A stretch of DNA of 64,000 nucleotides, from assembly GCA_002269645.1 (NCBI GenBank), contig NIVC01000978.1, forward strand, positions 62,001 through 126,000. The letters are read 5' to 3'. A program made the position numbers and the translations under genes. The DNA is from Macrostomum lignano. Its lineage: Eukaryota. Under the pieces are notes generated by a model. The model saw only the letters and a list, made by a program, of their open reading frames with translations. It made no database searches and was not told the origin of the DNA. Of the stretch, positions 1 through 31,100 are shown piece after piece (the stretch's first letter is position 1; every line of letters starts with the position of its first letter).

Positions 1-480
1 GACTAGTAGGGGGTTGTAGACTAGTAGGGGGTTGTAGACTAGTAGGGGGGTTGTAGACTAGTAGGGGGTTGTAGCCTAGTAGGGGGTTGTAGACTAGTAG
101 GGGGGTTGTAGACTAGTAGGGGGTTGTATACTAGTAGGGGGTTGTAGACTAGTAGGGGGGTTGTCGACTAGTAGGTGGGTTGTAGACTAGTAGGGGGTTG
201 TAGACTAGTAGGGGGTTGTAGCCTAGTAGGGGGGTTGTAGCCTAGTAGGAGGGTTGTAGACTAGTAGAGGGGTTGTAGCCTAGTAGGAGGGTTGTAGACT
301 AGTAGAGGGGTTGTAGCCTAGTAGGAGGGTTGTAGACTAGTAGGTGGGTTGTAGACTAGTAGGGGGTTGTAGACTAGTAGGAGGGTTGTAGCCTAGTAGA
401 GGGGTTGTAGCCTAGTAGGAGGGTTGTAGCCTAGTAGGAGGGTTGTAGCCTAGTAGGGGGTTGTAGACTAGTAGGGGGGT
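1..480. repeat. 19-20-bp G-rich minisatellite (ggggttgtag(a/c)ctagtagg)
   Basis: About 24 units, truncated by the window start. Confidence 0.95.
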
Positions 481-715
481 TTTTAGAGCGTCGAACTCCC
501 GATTCCCGATCCCACTGCAAGAATTTGTGCTGTAAAATGGGTGCCAGCATTAGCTGGGGTAATTGAGGGTGTGAGTGGCGACCCCAGCAGTCCTTGGACT
601 GAACAGCCGTACGCAGCCTTCAGATGCGCCGCGCAATAGCTGCGGCTGAGCTGTCGGTTGCACGTCTGGCCCAATTGGGCAGATGTAACCAGTTATTATT
701 ATTATTATTATTTTG
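455..715 (+). mobile_element. tRNA-headed CORE-like SINE (family 1), internally deleted copy
   Basis: Shares ctgtaaaatgggtgccagcattagctgggg..gcaatagctgcggctgagctgtcggttgcac and an (ATT)n tail with the copies at 26.6, 33.9, 42.5 and 60.7 kb. The head merges into the array at 1-480. Confidence 0.8.
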
Positions 716-1312
716 CGTTAAGCATTGTTTGGGAACTGTATTATACACCGTTGCCATGACTACAGCATTACAAGGATATGCAGCGCTGATTGCCAACCTG
801 ATATTATTTACTTCCAAAGAGTCAGGCGCACTGCGGATTTAAGCCGAAGCGAATTTCAGTAGATATTCTGTCCGATTAACTGTTTTGCTCTACAAAAGCA
901 ATTCAATTCAACCGGATTAGCAGTCACTGCAAGCAATGTATCTACTTAAATTTCCAAATTCTGACAGTCATGCGAGCCAAAAAATATGATTCCCAAAATT
1001 TTATCGACAGAGCTGATTGACCTTAAGTGGAATTTCAAATCAGAATTCATATCGCATTTATGAGTCATAGCAACAGGGTGGGAGCTTGCGAGTACTGAGT
1101 GCGACAGTCTAATAAGCGTGGTCAATGAAGGAAGAATATGTGAATATTGAAGTAATGACGTGGACCAAACTAGCTTTACCTGTTAACAACAACAAAAGCA
1201 TTTTTTGGCTTCAGCTGCAACAGCGAAGTTGTCATTCTTGTGTCTTGTGTTCTCCGGTATTCTTTGGTTCGTGCAACCAAAGAGTTCTATAATTAGCATC
1301 TGGAGAATGCTT

Positions 1313-1790
<478 letters not shown>

Positions 1791-2535
1791 CTGTCTTAGT
1801 TCTATGGCAGAGTATTTTGAGAAGATTCTTAAAACAATTATTGGTAAGGTACGAGTAGTTGCTCCTAAAAATTACAAAGACGTGGGTAGGAATTGATGAC
1901 AACGAGATCAATGAGAACTCTCAAAGTAAACACCATTTATTTATATATCACTCACTGTTAGGATAAAGCTATTAGATAAAATTTGATTAGTGCACAGTTT
2001 TAATTAATCAAAGTTATTCGAAAAAAATTAAAAAAGCCACCATTTTCATTGTTGTTTAAGAGAGATGAAATTTTTCTTTACTGACTTTTTGGACCGAAAG
2101 AAGGCCAAAGTGGTTGGCAATTGACGACAGTCAAAGATGCATCGAGATTTAATGAAAGCTTTCAAGAAAGAAAACCTGATTTAATGTGGTGCTTTACATT
2201 GAATAAAAACTTGAAAAGAACGCAATGTACTTTAACTGGGAACTCTGGAAGGGTAAGAAAGGTAGCAGTTTATGTGAATAATATCTTTTCTAATTACACG
2301 CAAAGTTTGGTTAATACATTCAAATGGCGCTAGAGATCGATCGATACAAAAATGCCGAATGCAATGGTCGATGCGGATATCACTGGATTTCAGATTTCGA
2401 AGTCAGTTCTTTGTATTGTGAAATATTTTCGGGCTTAACAGCATGTGGTGAGTTTGAACTTGCTATGTAAGCAGGAGTTGTGCTTTTGAGTTACATTCAA
2501 GTCTGGTAGGGTATTAATGTTTACTGTTGAAGTTC

Positions 2536-2655
2536 ATAGACTTGCTACTGTCTTCACTGCTGCAGGTCATAGACCTGCTACTGTCTTCACTGCTGCAGGT
2601 CATAGACCTGCTACTGTCTTCACTGCTGTAGGTCATAGACCTGCTACTGTTTTCA
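2536..2655. repeat. 33-bp tandem repeat, about 3.5 copies
   Basis: Unit catagacctgctactgtcttcactgctgcaggt. Confidence 0.9.
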
Positions 2656-2933
2656 ATATTGTAGCTAGTTCATAGAAAATTCCATGATCAGTAGGATGTC
2701 GTAGGGATATCCGAGTATGTAAGGATCACTATTTAGTGCCGTTTAACACACAATCGATAATAATAGTAATGAGCAATCAGAGTGAAATGAAAACGCATCT
2801 GTCAGTAACCGACACTATATTGGTACATTCGCGATTGAAAAATGTTCACATGTAGGTCATTACAAAAATATCTGCTCAATTCAATTGTGAAATTTAAGCT
2901 CCTTCGTACTCAATTATTAATATTAATTAATAC

Positions 2934-20667
<17,734 letters not shown>

Positions 20668-20765
20668 CTCGCAGTCTGAAGTGTGTCCCCGGGCCGGGCA
20701 GCTGTCCCCTGCCCTGCCTGTGCGCTGCTGGAGAGGCCGCTCGTGACTAATTGGCGCAGAAGATC

Positions 20766-20800
20766 CTGGCAGAAGAAAAAGAGAAAAAAATCAGGCGATA
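20766..20800 (-). promoter_or_regulatory. Strong 3' splice acceptor upstream of the first SK coding exon
   Basis: The minus strand reads TTTTTTTCTCTTTTTCTTCTGCCAG|GATC, 98 nt upstream of the ATG at 20667. Confidence 0.6.
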
Positions 20801-22149
20801 GCGGCAGTTTTTTTAGTTTATGCGACAAGAGAAAATACGTTTGCATGTTTATATGGGAGGGGATCACCCTGCTTTCCCAAGTCCGCAGTTTCACTTTGGT
20901 CGCTAGCGCGGCCTCGATCTGTTTACGCGTGTTTCAGCAGCAGAAATTGAGCAAAAATATGTTATGCGCACTTCAATGGCTGCTGCTGCAGGGGGCTGCG
21001 GGAAATTTGGGGAAGCCAATGAAGCCAATGTTCTTGCGAGAGGCATCTTGCTAGAAAGCTATTTTTGATCTTCTAAGTTGCCTGCTTCTGAAGTTGCAGA
21101 AATTGCCTTCGATAGCTCGTGTTTTACTTAGGACGGAAGCTTTGCAAATTTATTTTCCTGAATTTTTTTCTTTGAGTCGCCTCAGGTGCGATTCGACCAC
21201 GTCATAGGCCAGAACTGGATTCCGCGTTCTCACTCTCTGTAAACTGGTCTTTACCGCTGATGCAGGACCCCATCTGTAGACACGAATCGAACCAGTGGAT
21301 CCGACAAACTTTCGAATTTCTAATTAAATCATATAGTTACTGGCATCCAGGATATGAAGGGTTCGGGTCTTTTAGACACACAATGCACGCACCAAGAACT
21401 AAATATGATACTCGCAGTAGCCTATGTGAAATCTGACGGCAGAATACCAAAAAAGAATTTTGTGAAATATTTATTAAATAAAATTAGGTCAGATTATGTG
21501 TGTTGCTGCTCAGACTTCTGACTTAAGCGAAAATTTTGTAAAAAGCGAAAAACTGTTTAATATAAGGCATGCGTTAGAAAGAATTTAAGGTATAAACGCT
21601 ACCATAAAGAATATTGCGACATGTTAGAGGTGTTCTAATTAAATGCACATAGATTGCAGATGTTTTGTAAATAATATAATTACTTGATGGCTCAGCTCTG
21701 TAGGTACTGTAGTAAAAAGCAATCCCTGAAACTCAACCCAAAGTAAGAATACTACAGTTTCTAGTTAGCTCACTGATTGCTGAATTAGTGAATATTATTT
21801 TCTCGATAAACTCTTTCTAAACTTGCACACCCGGGGTTTTAAAGTTTGCAGGCAGACCTTCATAAGTCACGAAGCCGTCCGAAACGCTTTGGCTAGAAGC
21901 GAAAAAATGATAAGTCGCGTCAGGAACAGTTGAAAGGCGAAGACCTGTCAAAATGCTTTTAATACACGAAAGGTAGCAATTAGAAAGAAATCGGCCTAAG
22001 AATCTTCACGGGGAGCTAAGAGCAACAAAAGGATTAAAACAATATTTTTGCATTCTAAACTGCTTGTATTAAAATGAAAATTTATGATTTTGTATGAATA
22101 TGATTTATATCAACTTATTCCGTAGAGAAATTGAGCGGAAAACACCACA

Positions 22150-23040
22150 AACTAAACACTTCACTGCTAAACACTACACAATAAACACTACACACTACAC
22201 ACTAAACACTTCACTGCTAAACATTACAGAATAAACACTACACAATAAACACTACACAATAAACACTACACAATAAACACTACACAATAAACACTACACA
22301 ATAAACACTACACAATAAACACTACACAATAAACACTACACAATAAACACTACACAATAAACACTACACAATAAACACTACACAATAAACACTACACAAT
22401 AAACACTACACAATAAACACTACACACTACACAATAAACACTACACAATAAACACTACACAATAAACTCTACACAATAAACACTACACACTACACACTAA
22501 ACACTTCACTGCTAAACATTACAGAATAAACACTACACACTACACACTACACACTACACACTACACACTACACACTACACACTACACACTGCACACTACA
22601 CACTGCACACTACACACTGCACACTACACACTGCACACTACACACTGCACACTACACACTGCACACTACACACTACACACTACACATTACTCAACTACAC
22701 ACTACACACTGCACACTACACACTGCACACTACACACTACACACTACACATTACTCAACTACACACTACACACTACACACTACACTCTACACACTACACA
22801 CTACACACTACACAGTACTCAACTACACACTACACACTACACACTACACAGTACTCAACTACACACTACACACTACACACTACACACTACACACTGCACA
22901 CTACACACTACACACTACACACTACACACTACACACTGCACACTACACACTACACACTACACACTACACACTACACACTACACACTACACACTACACACT
23001 ACACAGTACTCAACTACACACTACACACTACGCAACTGTG
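22150..23040. repeat. 7/14-bp repeat (actacac; aaacactacacaat)
   Basis: A 14-mer array grading into a 7-mer array. Confidence 0.95.
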
Positions 23041-26000
23041 CACTAGATATTAAACACTAGAGACTACTTCTTAGAGACTAGAGATTAAAGACTTGAGGCT
23101 TGCCCTGTACAAGCAGATGTTGATTCTATTAAAAAGTACTGCATATCACATTAGCATATTTAATATAACTAAGCACACTTACTTCAGTCTGACTCTGCAG
23201 TTATAACTTCAGGCTTTCATTATAAAGGCCGCTTGACGAATACTTAAACCTTGCCAGCTCTGCGCCAAAGTTTGACTTAGCTATTAACAGTACTTGCGAT
23301 GAATAGTTGGACTTAATGCTGAGTGGACAGAAAAGTCCAAGCTTTCCGGTCACATCTTGAAGAGGAGATCGAGCAGTTTCTCTCTTCTACTTCTAGAAGA
23401 CTTATTTACCGACCCGCGGTGAATAGATTGAAAGAATTTCGTTAAATATTCGTCTTCCGGACTGATAACAATTCCGGAGATAGTGGGGCAGGGTTAGAGA
23501 GGGGATTAGGCTGCAGTCCTGTGGGGATTTGTTCAGTTGGGGAGCCAAGCTTAAGGGGAGGGAGGGGCAGCGACCGAGTTCTGACCGAGAAGGAATTGGT
23601 CGGTCGGTTACCAATGGCGGAGATCGCCCCTAGTGCGCAGCAGCACCAACAACAGTTGCGCACAGATGGTGGCCTACATGCGGGTCGGAACAGGTCTAAG
23701 CGAGGCATTCTTCAAATCCGCGATTTCTTTTCCGTTGCATTTACTATTGATTTACAACACAACCACTATCGCTTGTAAATAACTTATGAAAAGGCCCAGC
23801 TCTGTTAGTTTGTTTACGCGGAAAAGCACTTTTGAAACATATCTGAATTTCAAGAGAACACCCATTCGCTGTCTTGTATTTTAGTTCTTTAAAAGTTTTC
23901 ACATTTAATCTTCAATCCTAGTGCAACAAAAAAATTAGACGCCCTAAATTCACTCAAAAATCTTTTCATCCTACGGCTGATATTATTTACTTAGGACTTT
24001 AACACTAAGTCCCTTAGGACTTTTAATTGGTAGGGGCGCAAACACTTTGGTGGGAGGCGATTGGCAGGGCATACGCCACTGCTTGATGCATCTCCGGAAA
24101 CCAATATCGTCCATCCGTGCAGGAACTCTCAGTACAGTAGGATTGCCGCTTTTCGAACTCGACTTTGTCGGCCAGCAATTCGCGCTCTCATTCTTCTTCA
24201 GCATGCATAATTTACACTTCAACCCCGAGCAAAACTCATCTCTATGTAGAGAGGAGAGGGTGAGACGGCCAACGAGATGCATGTTGCAGCTCTCTCGGGG
24301 GGTTGGGGGGGGGAGAAGTGGTTTTTTCTCCGCAAAAACCGACCGTATGCCGTTTGCATGTAAAGTGTTTTTTAAGCTGACGCGGCATTGAGATATGGAG
24401 GCGGCATCGCGTGCTGAAACAATGTGGGCAGTGCGAATGACGGGGAGCAAGTCGGCCATCTGTCTCTCTTGGCTCTGTTGCAATGTCTTGCTGTGCCCAC
24501 CCAATGCGGAATAGTGCAGCAACTACAGCTGATGCGCCACTTTTATAAATTGGCTTGAAACACGAGGCACTGTGGCTATGTTATTGGCTCCGGCTACAAG
24601 GTTATGCCGGGCGGAGAAGGGGAAAAAGCTAAAGTATGCAAGAGGGTTGTCGTGTTGCTTTGTATGTCTAGCATATAGATAGATGGAGAAAAAGCATGGT
24701 GGAAAGATTGGGGGAGCTGCTGCTATTGCGCACCAAAGATTTAAGCTGCCTATAGACAGGTGAGGCAAAATGCCAAGCACCACAGACCCTTTCCATGGCG
24801 ATGTTCGCGCAGCCAAAACCCGAACAGACCCGCCTTCATCGGCCCCAGGTGCTCGCGAACGATTTCCTTGGACCTCGTCAACCGAACTACATGGAAGAAT
24901 ATAGCAGACTTCGCGTTAGCAACTATACAGTCCGCTGCAGGTGCAACGGGGGGGGGTTCGATTGCGTTAGAAGATAAAATTTGCCAGATAGACAACTAAC
25001 GGTCCGGCGCTACCGCTGGCGCACAATTTAGCGCACGTCAGTCAGGGCATTCGGACGATTGTCCTTTTACAGCCGCTGCGAGGCTAAATATAGGCTGCAG
25101 AAGGCGGAACAGGAATTCTTTGAAGCATAAAAATATCAAGTATTTAATAAAGAAGTCATACATGTATGTGCTAAGCAATTTAGATAGGAAATCCCTGAGT
25201 AGATAAACCGATCATGAAAAGCTGGGGCTGTTTCGTAAACGACTTTTAGTGACTGACTCAGTTTCTTGACCTCAACTACCAATACTACTGTGCTTAATTT
25301 TGCATAAACTATTATGTTATTAGTCAAAGAGCGCGTCAATTTCATCTGGTACATCAACTAAATCAATCACCTGTCAACTTTTCTGTCATCGCCGACGCTC
25401 ATGGCGTGTCCACCAAGCCAGCTGGTCCTCAGAGACGCAGACGCTCTTACCATAGACGATTAAGCAGAACAGCTGAGGGCTTATAAACTTGTAGATTGTT
25501 TGGCCGGAATTTAAAAGTAAGCCTTCTTCTTTAATTTGTAGCTTGAAACTTGCAAAATCTATGAAACACCCACTGAAATAGACAGATTTTCGGATACTCG
25601 GAACTATTATAGAACGCTAACGAGTGCGTCATTGAAGGAATCCAGCACGCTGACGAGTGCGTCAATGGCTGAAACACGAGTGCGTAGCGCACGAGGGTTT
25701 TTGCCATAGACGCACAAGTCAAAGTGCTTGATTCCCATTCTTATTTGATCCAACATGTGTGGCTAAAGTAGACAAGGGTGGAGCTGGGGGTGTGGAGTTA
25801 GACTTGAACCATAGACAAAATATGCGCGAGCTAGTCTGAACATTCTTGCACGATGGAAAGAAGATTATGCCTGTAGTCTATGGCTGTTATGCTAAATATA
25901 GAAACATCGCGCATTACATTCTTGCACGATTGACATTCCTTCACCGAGTGCACATTTAAATTCAAGGTGCTTTTACCATAGACACTTGCATTTCTGCACG

Positions 26001-26630
26001 CATATGGCGACTTCCAAAGCATTCTTGCACGCTGGATCAAATAAGAATGCAAAATCGCGAGTTTGCATTTGCGTGAATCAAATTAGCTCATTTTACTCTG
26101 CGTGCGTGAATGATGTTTTGCCATTGACGCACGAGTTCCCATAGACAATTTCATTCCTGAAAAAATCACGTGGCGTATTGTTTAGGCTGCCCGCAATCCA
26201 CAGGTTACTGTGCAACGTGTGTGGCATTTTCAAAGCAAACTTCATCGATGCAATGCATTCCGAAATGCATCGGATGCAAGCTGACATTTACCACCGGGAA
26301 TGGGGTACTGAGGCGGCCGATAAACCAGCGTACTTGCACAGATCCCAGCGCTAAGTTGCACCAGCTGGACTTTTTATTCGGTAAAGACGATCGCAGCTAC
26401 TCCAGAGAACCGAAAATTTTCCATTCTGTTGACCGAAATTGTTCTAAACAAATGTGTGCGCTAGAGCAAAATAATTAAGAAACTGTTTTCAAGTTTACTG
26501 TTGTGTGTGTACGTAGCAAATACTACCTTAGCACAATGACACCAATTTCTTAAAATGGGGGTTTCAAAAGGGTTTCATATGGTAGCTTGGTATGAAGCTC
26601 CTCCATCTTACATGCATAGCTAGCGGAGCT

Positions 26631-26912
26631 TAGCCAATGAAGTTGTAGCCCAGTGGTTTACGACTGGTCGGGGTTTCGACTCTCGACCGATTCGGAACCA
26701 TTTGTGTCCTTGAGTAAGACACTTAACTCTGCATTGCTTCAGTTCACCCAGCTGTAAAATGGGTGCCAGCATTAGCTGGGGGGATTGAGGGTGTGTGGCG
26801 ACCCCAGCAGTCCTTGGACTGAACAGCCGTACGCAGCCTTCAGATGAGCCGCGCAATAGCTGCGGCTGAGCTGTCGGTTGCACATCTGGCCCAATTGGGG
26901 CAGGTGTAATCA

Positions 26913-26992
<80 letters not shown>
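26631..26992 (+). mobile_element. tRNA-headed CORE-like SINE (family 1), near full length
   Basis: A-box-like TAGCCCAGTGG, B-box-like GGTTTCGACTC, CORE-like segment at 26703-26763, about 27 ATT repeats in the tail. A 15-bp TSD with 2 mismatches flanks it (atagctagcggagct 26616-26630 / ataggtagcgaagct 26993-27007). Confidence 0.85.
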
Positions 26993-26995
<3 letters not shown>

Positions 26996-28198
26996 GGTAG
27001 CGAAGCTCATAGAAAATGAAAATTAACAAAGCAAAATTAACAGCTGGTAAATATTCGCTTCAAACATAAAGATAGTAAAAATGAGCTCTCCAAGTCTGTT
27101 AGGAAATCTTGGTGTCTATCTTTTAATAATATGGTAATAAGGACTCACTTTTCAATCTTAAAATCACACTTGAGTTTTCATATCTTTTTCTCTTACTCTT
27201 AGTAGGCCAGTTAAGCGTTTTTTCTTTGTTCATTCTGCGCTCGTTTTTTAAAACAATTTTTACATCTTTTAAAGGACTTTTTTGCCTGAGTTATTTGTCC
27301 GCAAACGCTCGGTGATCAATTTCTGTCCTCAAAGACCCAGTGAACCTTCTAATCAAAGGCTAGAAAAATGGTCGACAATGAAATTTTTGTTAAAATATTA
27401 GCTCGTAAATTCTGAGACGAAAGTATGAAATTCAAAGTGATAATTATTGACCGGCAATTTTATAAGGGACAAAAACTCAAAGCTTTCCACCAGACACGAG
27501 TTGTAAAGTTCAAATTTTTGCAGTAAATATGGCGACCACAATGAAAAGTGATTACAAAATATCAGCACTTCACAATTATCGGATAGGTACGAACAGCTAA
27601 TTGACAGCTCCAGCCATCTAACTATTTAAAACTCTACTAAAAATTTAAAAAAATATACAGAATGTCTACTGTTGACTCATTAACGTTAAGCTAATTAATA
27701 ATTAATAACAATCAATAAATATATTTTACAGCAGTTCTCTTAGTTTTTATAAACGAAGAAGATTACAGACAAATTATGAATTAAAGCGGGGCCAGAATGA
27801 AAAAAGGAGCGTTTTGATTAAATAAGCACAAATGTGCGTCAAGCCAGTAAATTGTTTTAATGGTGCGTTTATTAAAACAAAAGAATCGGAAAAAAATTAA
27901 AAAATTAAAAGACAATAAGTTAAGAAGTTCAGTTATAAGTGAAAAAGTTTAAAAAGTTTAAAATAATTTAATGTGTTAGTTTATCTTACAAGCATTTCTT
28001 GGTAGCCAATAGTCATTTCTATAGCCATGCAATCTCGAAAATGATGCCATCTCTCATCACTCTCTCAACCCATCGAACGTCCTTCATTCAATCATTCGTA
28101 ATGTCTGCAGAAAAACATTTGTCCCGGAGCTAAATATTTGAACAGTTGATTTTCGAGCTTCAGACACAGCAGCAGCTTCTCTTTGAACGCAGTTCAGC

Positions 28199-31100
28199 TC
28201 AGTGCATCCACAGACCAGCCCAGAAGGCGGCGGCCAAGGCCAAGAACACGCATGCGTAGGCCACCAGCCAGCCTTCGCTGACGTGCTCGAGCTGCTTGCC
28301 TTTGATCTTCGGCTCCGGCTCGCTGTTGGTGGCAGCCACCGATTCCGTAGACTTGTCAGTCAGCTCAAAGCGTCGGCTGATGGCGCCCTCCAGCTTCTTG
28401 TTGCGGACGGCGCCTTTTGGAAAGTGGAAATGAAAGGGCAGATTAAATTACTATTTTTCATGCGGACAGATCAGTTCTGAGTAAACTGGGGTCTATGAGA
28501 ATTACCCACAGGAATTTTTTCTCGCAGCGAGGTTTCCCCGCCGAGATTTCCCCGCCGAGATTTACCCGCAGAGGTTTTCCCACAGATTTTCCCACAGAGA
28601 TTTCCCCACCGAGATTTCCCCACAGAGATTTCCCCACCGAGATTTCCCCGCCGAGATTTCCCCACCGAGATTTCCCCACCGAGATTTCCCCGCCGAGATT
28701 TCCCCACCGAGATTTCCCCACCGAGATTTCCCCGCCGGGATTTCCCCACCGAGATTTTCCCGCCGAGGTTTTCCCGCAGGGTTTTTACAGTCGGAATTTC
28801 AAGTCAAATCATATCGGATTTGAAGTCTAATTTAGTCTAGTTTATGTCATGTCTAGCCTAGCCTAGTCTAGGTTAGTTCTAATCTAGTCCAGCACTGTCG
28901 ATAGACTGCATTTGACTTGAAATTCCGAGTGTAAAAACCCTGCGGGAAAACCTCCGGGAAATTCTCGTGCTCCCGTAAACTGGGTGTACAGTGATTGTCT
29001 ACTGCAGCTGTCCATGACAGAAACCCTGTGTGCACTCAGAAGCATGCGGCACTCACGGATGCGCAGGCACTCGAACAGAATCATGGCGATAATCTGCATT
29101 CCCGTGTAGATGGCCAGCACGATGACGGCCCAGAAACGGAACTCCGGCCTGAGACTTTCGAATGTGGCGCCCAGCCAAATGGCGACAGCTGAAATGTTTG
29201 AAATTTAAGTAAGCGTCGTTTACTGAAAAGACAGATAGAATTTTTTTAAATAGGGAGTAGTAGCTAAATTAGTACACCTTGATTATTTGATAAAATGGGA
29301 CCGTAGCCCAGTGGTCTGGCGCAATGCTGATGTGCCAGCGGCCCAGACTTGATTCCAAGTGCAGTCACATTAATTTGAGGCTAAGTTGGAATCTTGGCTT
29401 GGCTCTACTCGTGCAATTAAATCCCATGATGGCCAACCCCCAAGGCACAGTGAAGTGTACATGTACATGCCTAAAGATTAACGAAGGTAGGGCCGCTTTA
29501 CACTCCTGTAAGTGTGTGCTTGTGCGAATGACTGCGTACGTATCCGCGCGCTTGTGTGCCTGCTAAGGGAAGTCGGCAAAATGTGCAATAATGCCTCTCG
29601 CCGGTTGTGTGACAATTTCGCTTAAAGTGCACTAGAATGAATCCAGCCCCTGCAGCTAAATAAAACTTAAACTAAGATTGAGGAACAATTAATAAAGTAA
29701 GTGCCCACATGAAGAGCCATGCTGCCCATTGGGGCCTAAAAGGTCACCAGAGCGTCAAACAGAGCCCATCTCCAACAGCATGAACTCTTGCTGGATGCAG
29801 GGATCGCATCCCAATACTCAGTCAAGCCTGCGACTTACTGGCGAACGCCATCGCCAACAGGCCGTTCCAGCGGTGCAGCCGGTTAAAGATCGACCTGTGC
29901 TTGGTGCCCGGGTGCGGCCGGAAAATGCCGGCAATGATGTTGATGAGGCCGAGCGACATGCCGATGACGCCGAAAATTCCGTGCACCTGGGAATCGGTCT
30001 CCCACTCGCCCTGCTTCACCAGGATGTAGATGAAGCCAGCCAGCGCGATAACGTAGCCAATGACCATTGCGCAGACGTGGATGAGGAACCACAGTTGCTT
30101 CTTGACCAGCTTCTGCGTCAGGACCGGGCGAGAGTGCCGGGCAACGACGATTGACAGGCCGCATAGGAAGAGCCAGAAGGTGGTCATGAGGGTGCCTGAG
30201 GTGCGATGCACGGGCTTTTTGGATAATTTGATAAGGATAATGACAAAGATGATCGCAATAACAACTCACCGTGAGTCTGCACTTTCGCCTCGATACCGCT
30301 GAAGTACACGGTGGCTTTGTTGCCCATCGGAGTGAGTCGCACCGGAGATCTCAATGGAAGATGCGTGTGCTTTCCGATATTTGGGGTGTCTGCAATGGCG
30401 AGTTTCAACCGCTTGAGATACGCTATTGATTTGAACAGCTTTCAACTACTTATCCGTTCCTCGTGTAAACGGATGGCTAACAAAAAACGTAAACATGATC
30501 AAATTTGGGACACTAAACGTCACAGCGAATTTAGTTGAGAAGCACTTACTCGCCAAGTTCATTCCCTGGCCCAGTATCACGAACTTGCCCTCGCCGGACA
30601 TCTTTCTAGTGACAGAGATCAGCGAGCTCGACTTGCTGGACATGTTGTACTTGTAGTAGGAGAAGGTTGCGTCGACAGGTCGAACAAACTGGCAGCTGAT
30701 TCTGTTCGGCTGAACGGGCAGGCTGGCTGCGTCTCCGGTGCCCAAATCAATTCGAGTCTTCATGTCGGTGATGTCCGACTGTAATGTAGTTGGTGCATTT
30801 TTGTATAAAGAGTGATACAAAAATTCCTATTCCTGTATCCATTGTGTATTTTTGCGTGTGACCTCGCCTCGATCAAGCATATCTTCCAACTGTTGCTATT
30901 TTTAGCCCCTGCTGTATGTGTTTAGTCATGAGTTTCGTCTTCGTTAGTAATTGCCATGCTAGCAATTAGACAATTATACCTTTAAGCTTTAAGCTTAGCC
31001 TAAGGCTTCTCCAGCACACCCAAGTTCTGTCTCAAGCTACTGAGTGAGCAGACTGAGTCACACAGCTACAGCTGAGGTTGCTGCAATAGAGAATTAAACT

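Noticed and set aside
23400-26480. Short ORFs and repeated motifs upstream of SK (acgagtgcgt x3 at 25620-25685; cattcttgcacg x3; several ccatagac)
   Set aside because: Probably remnants of an old DNA transposon, but no TIR/TSD pair or protein motif could be established.
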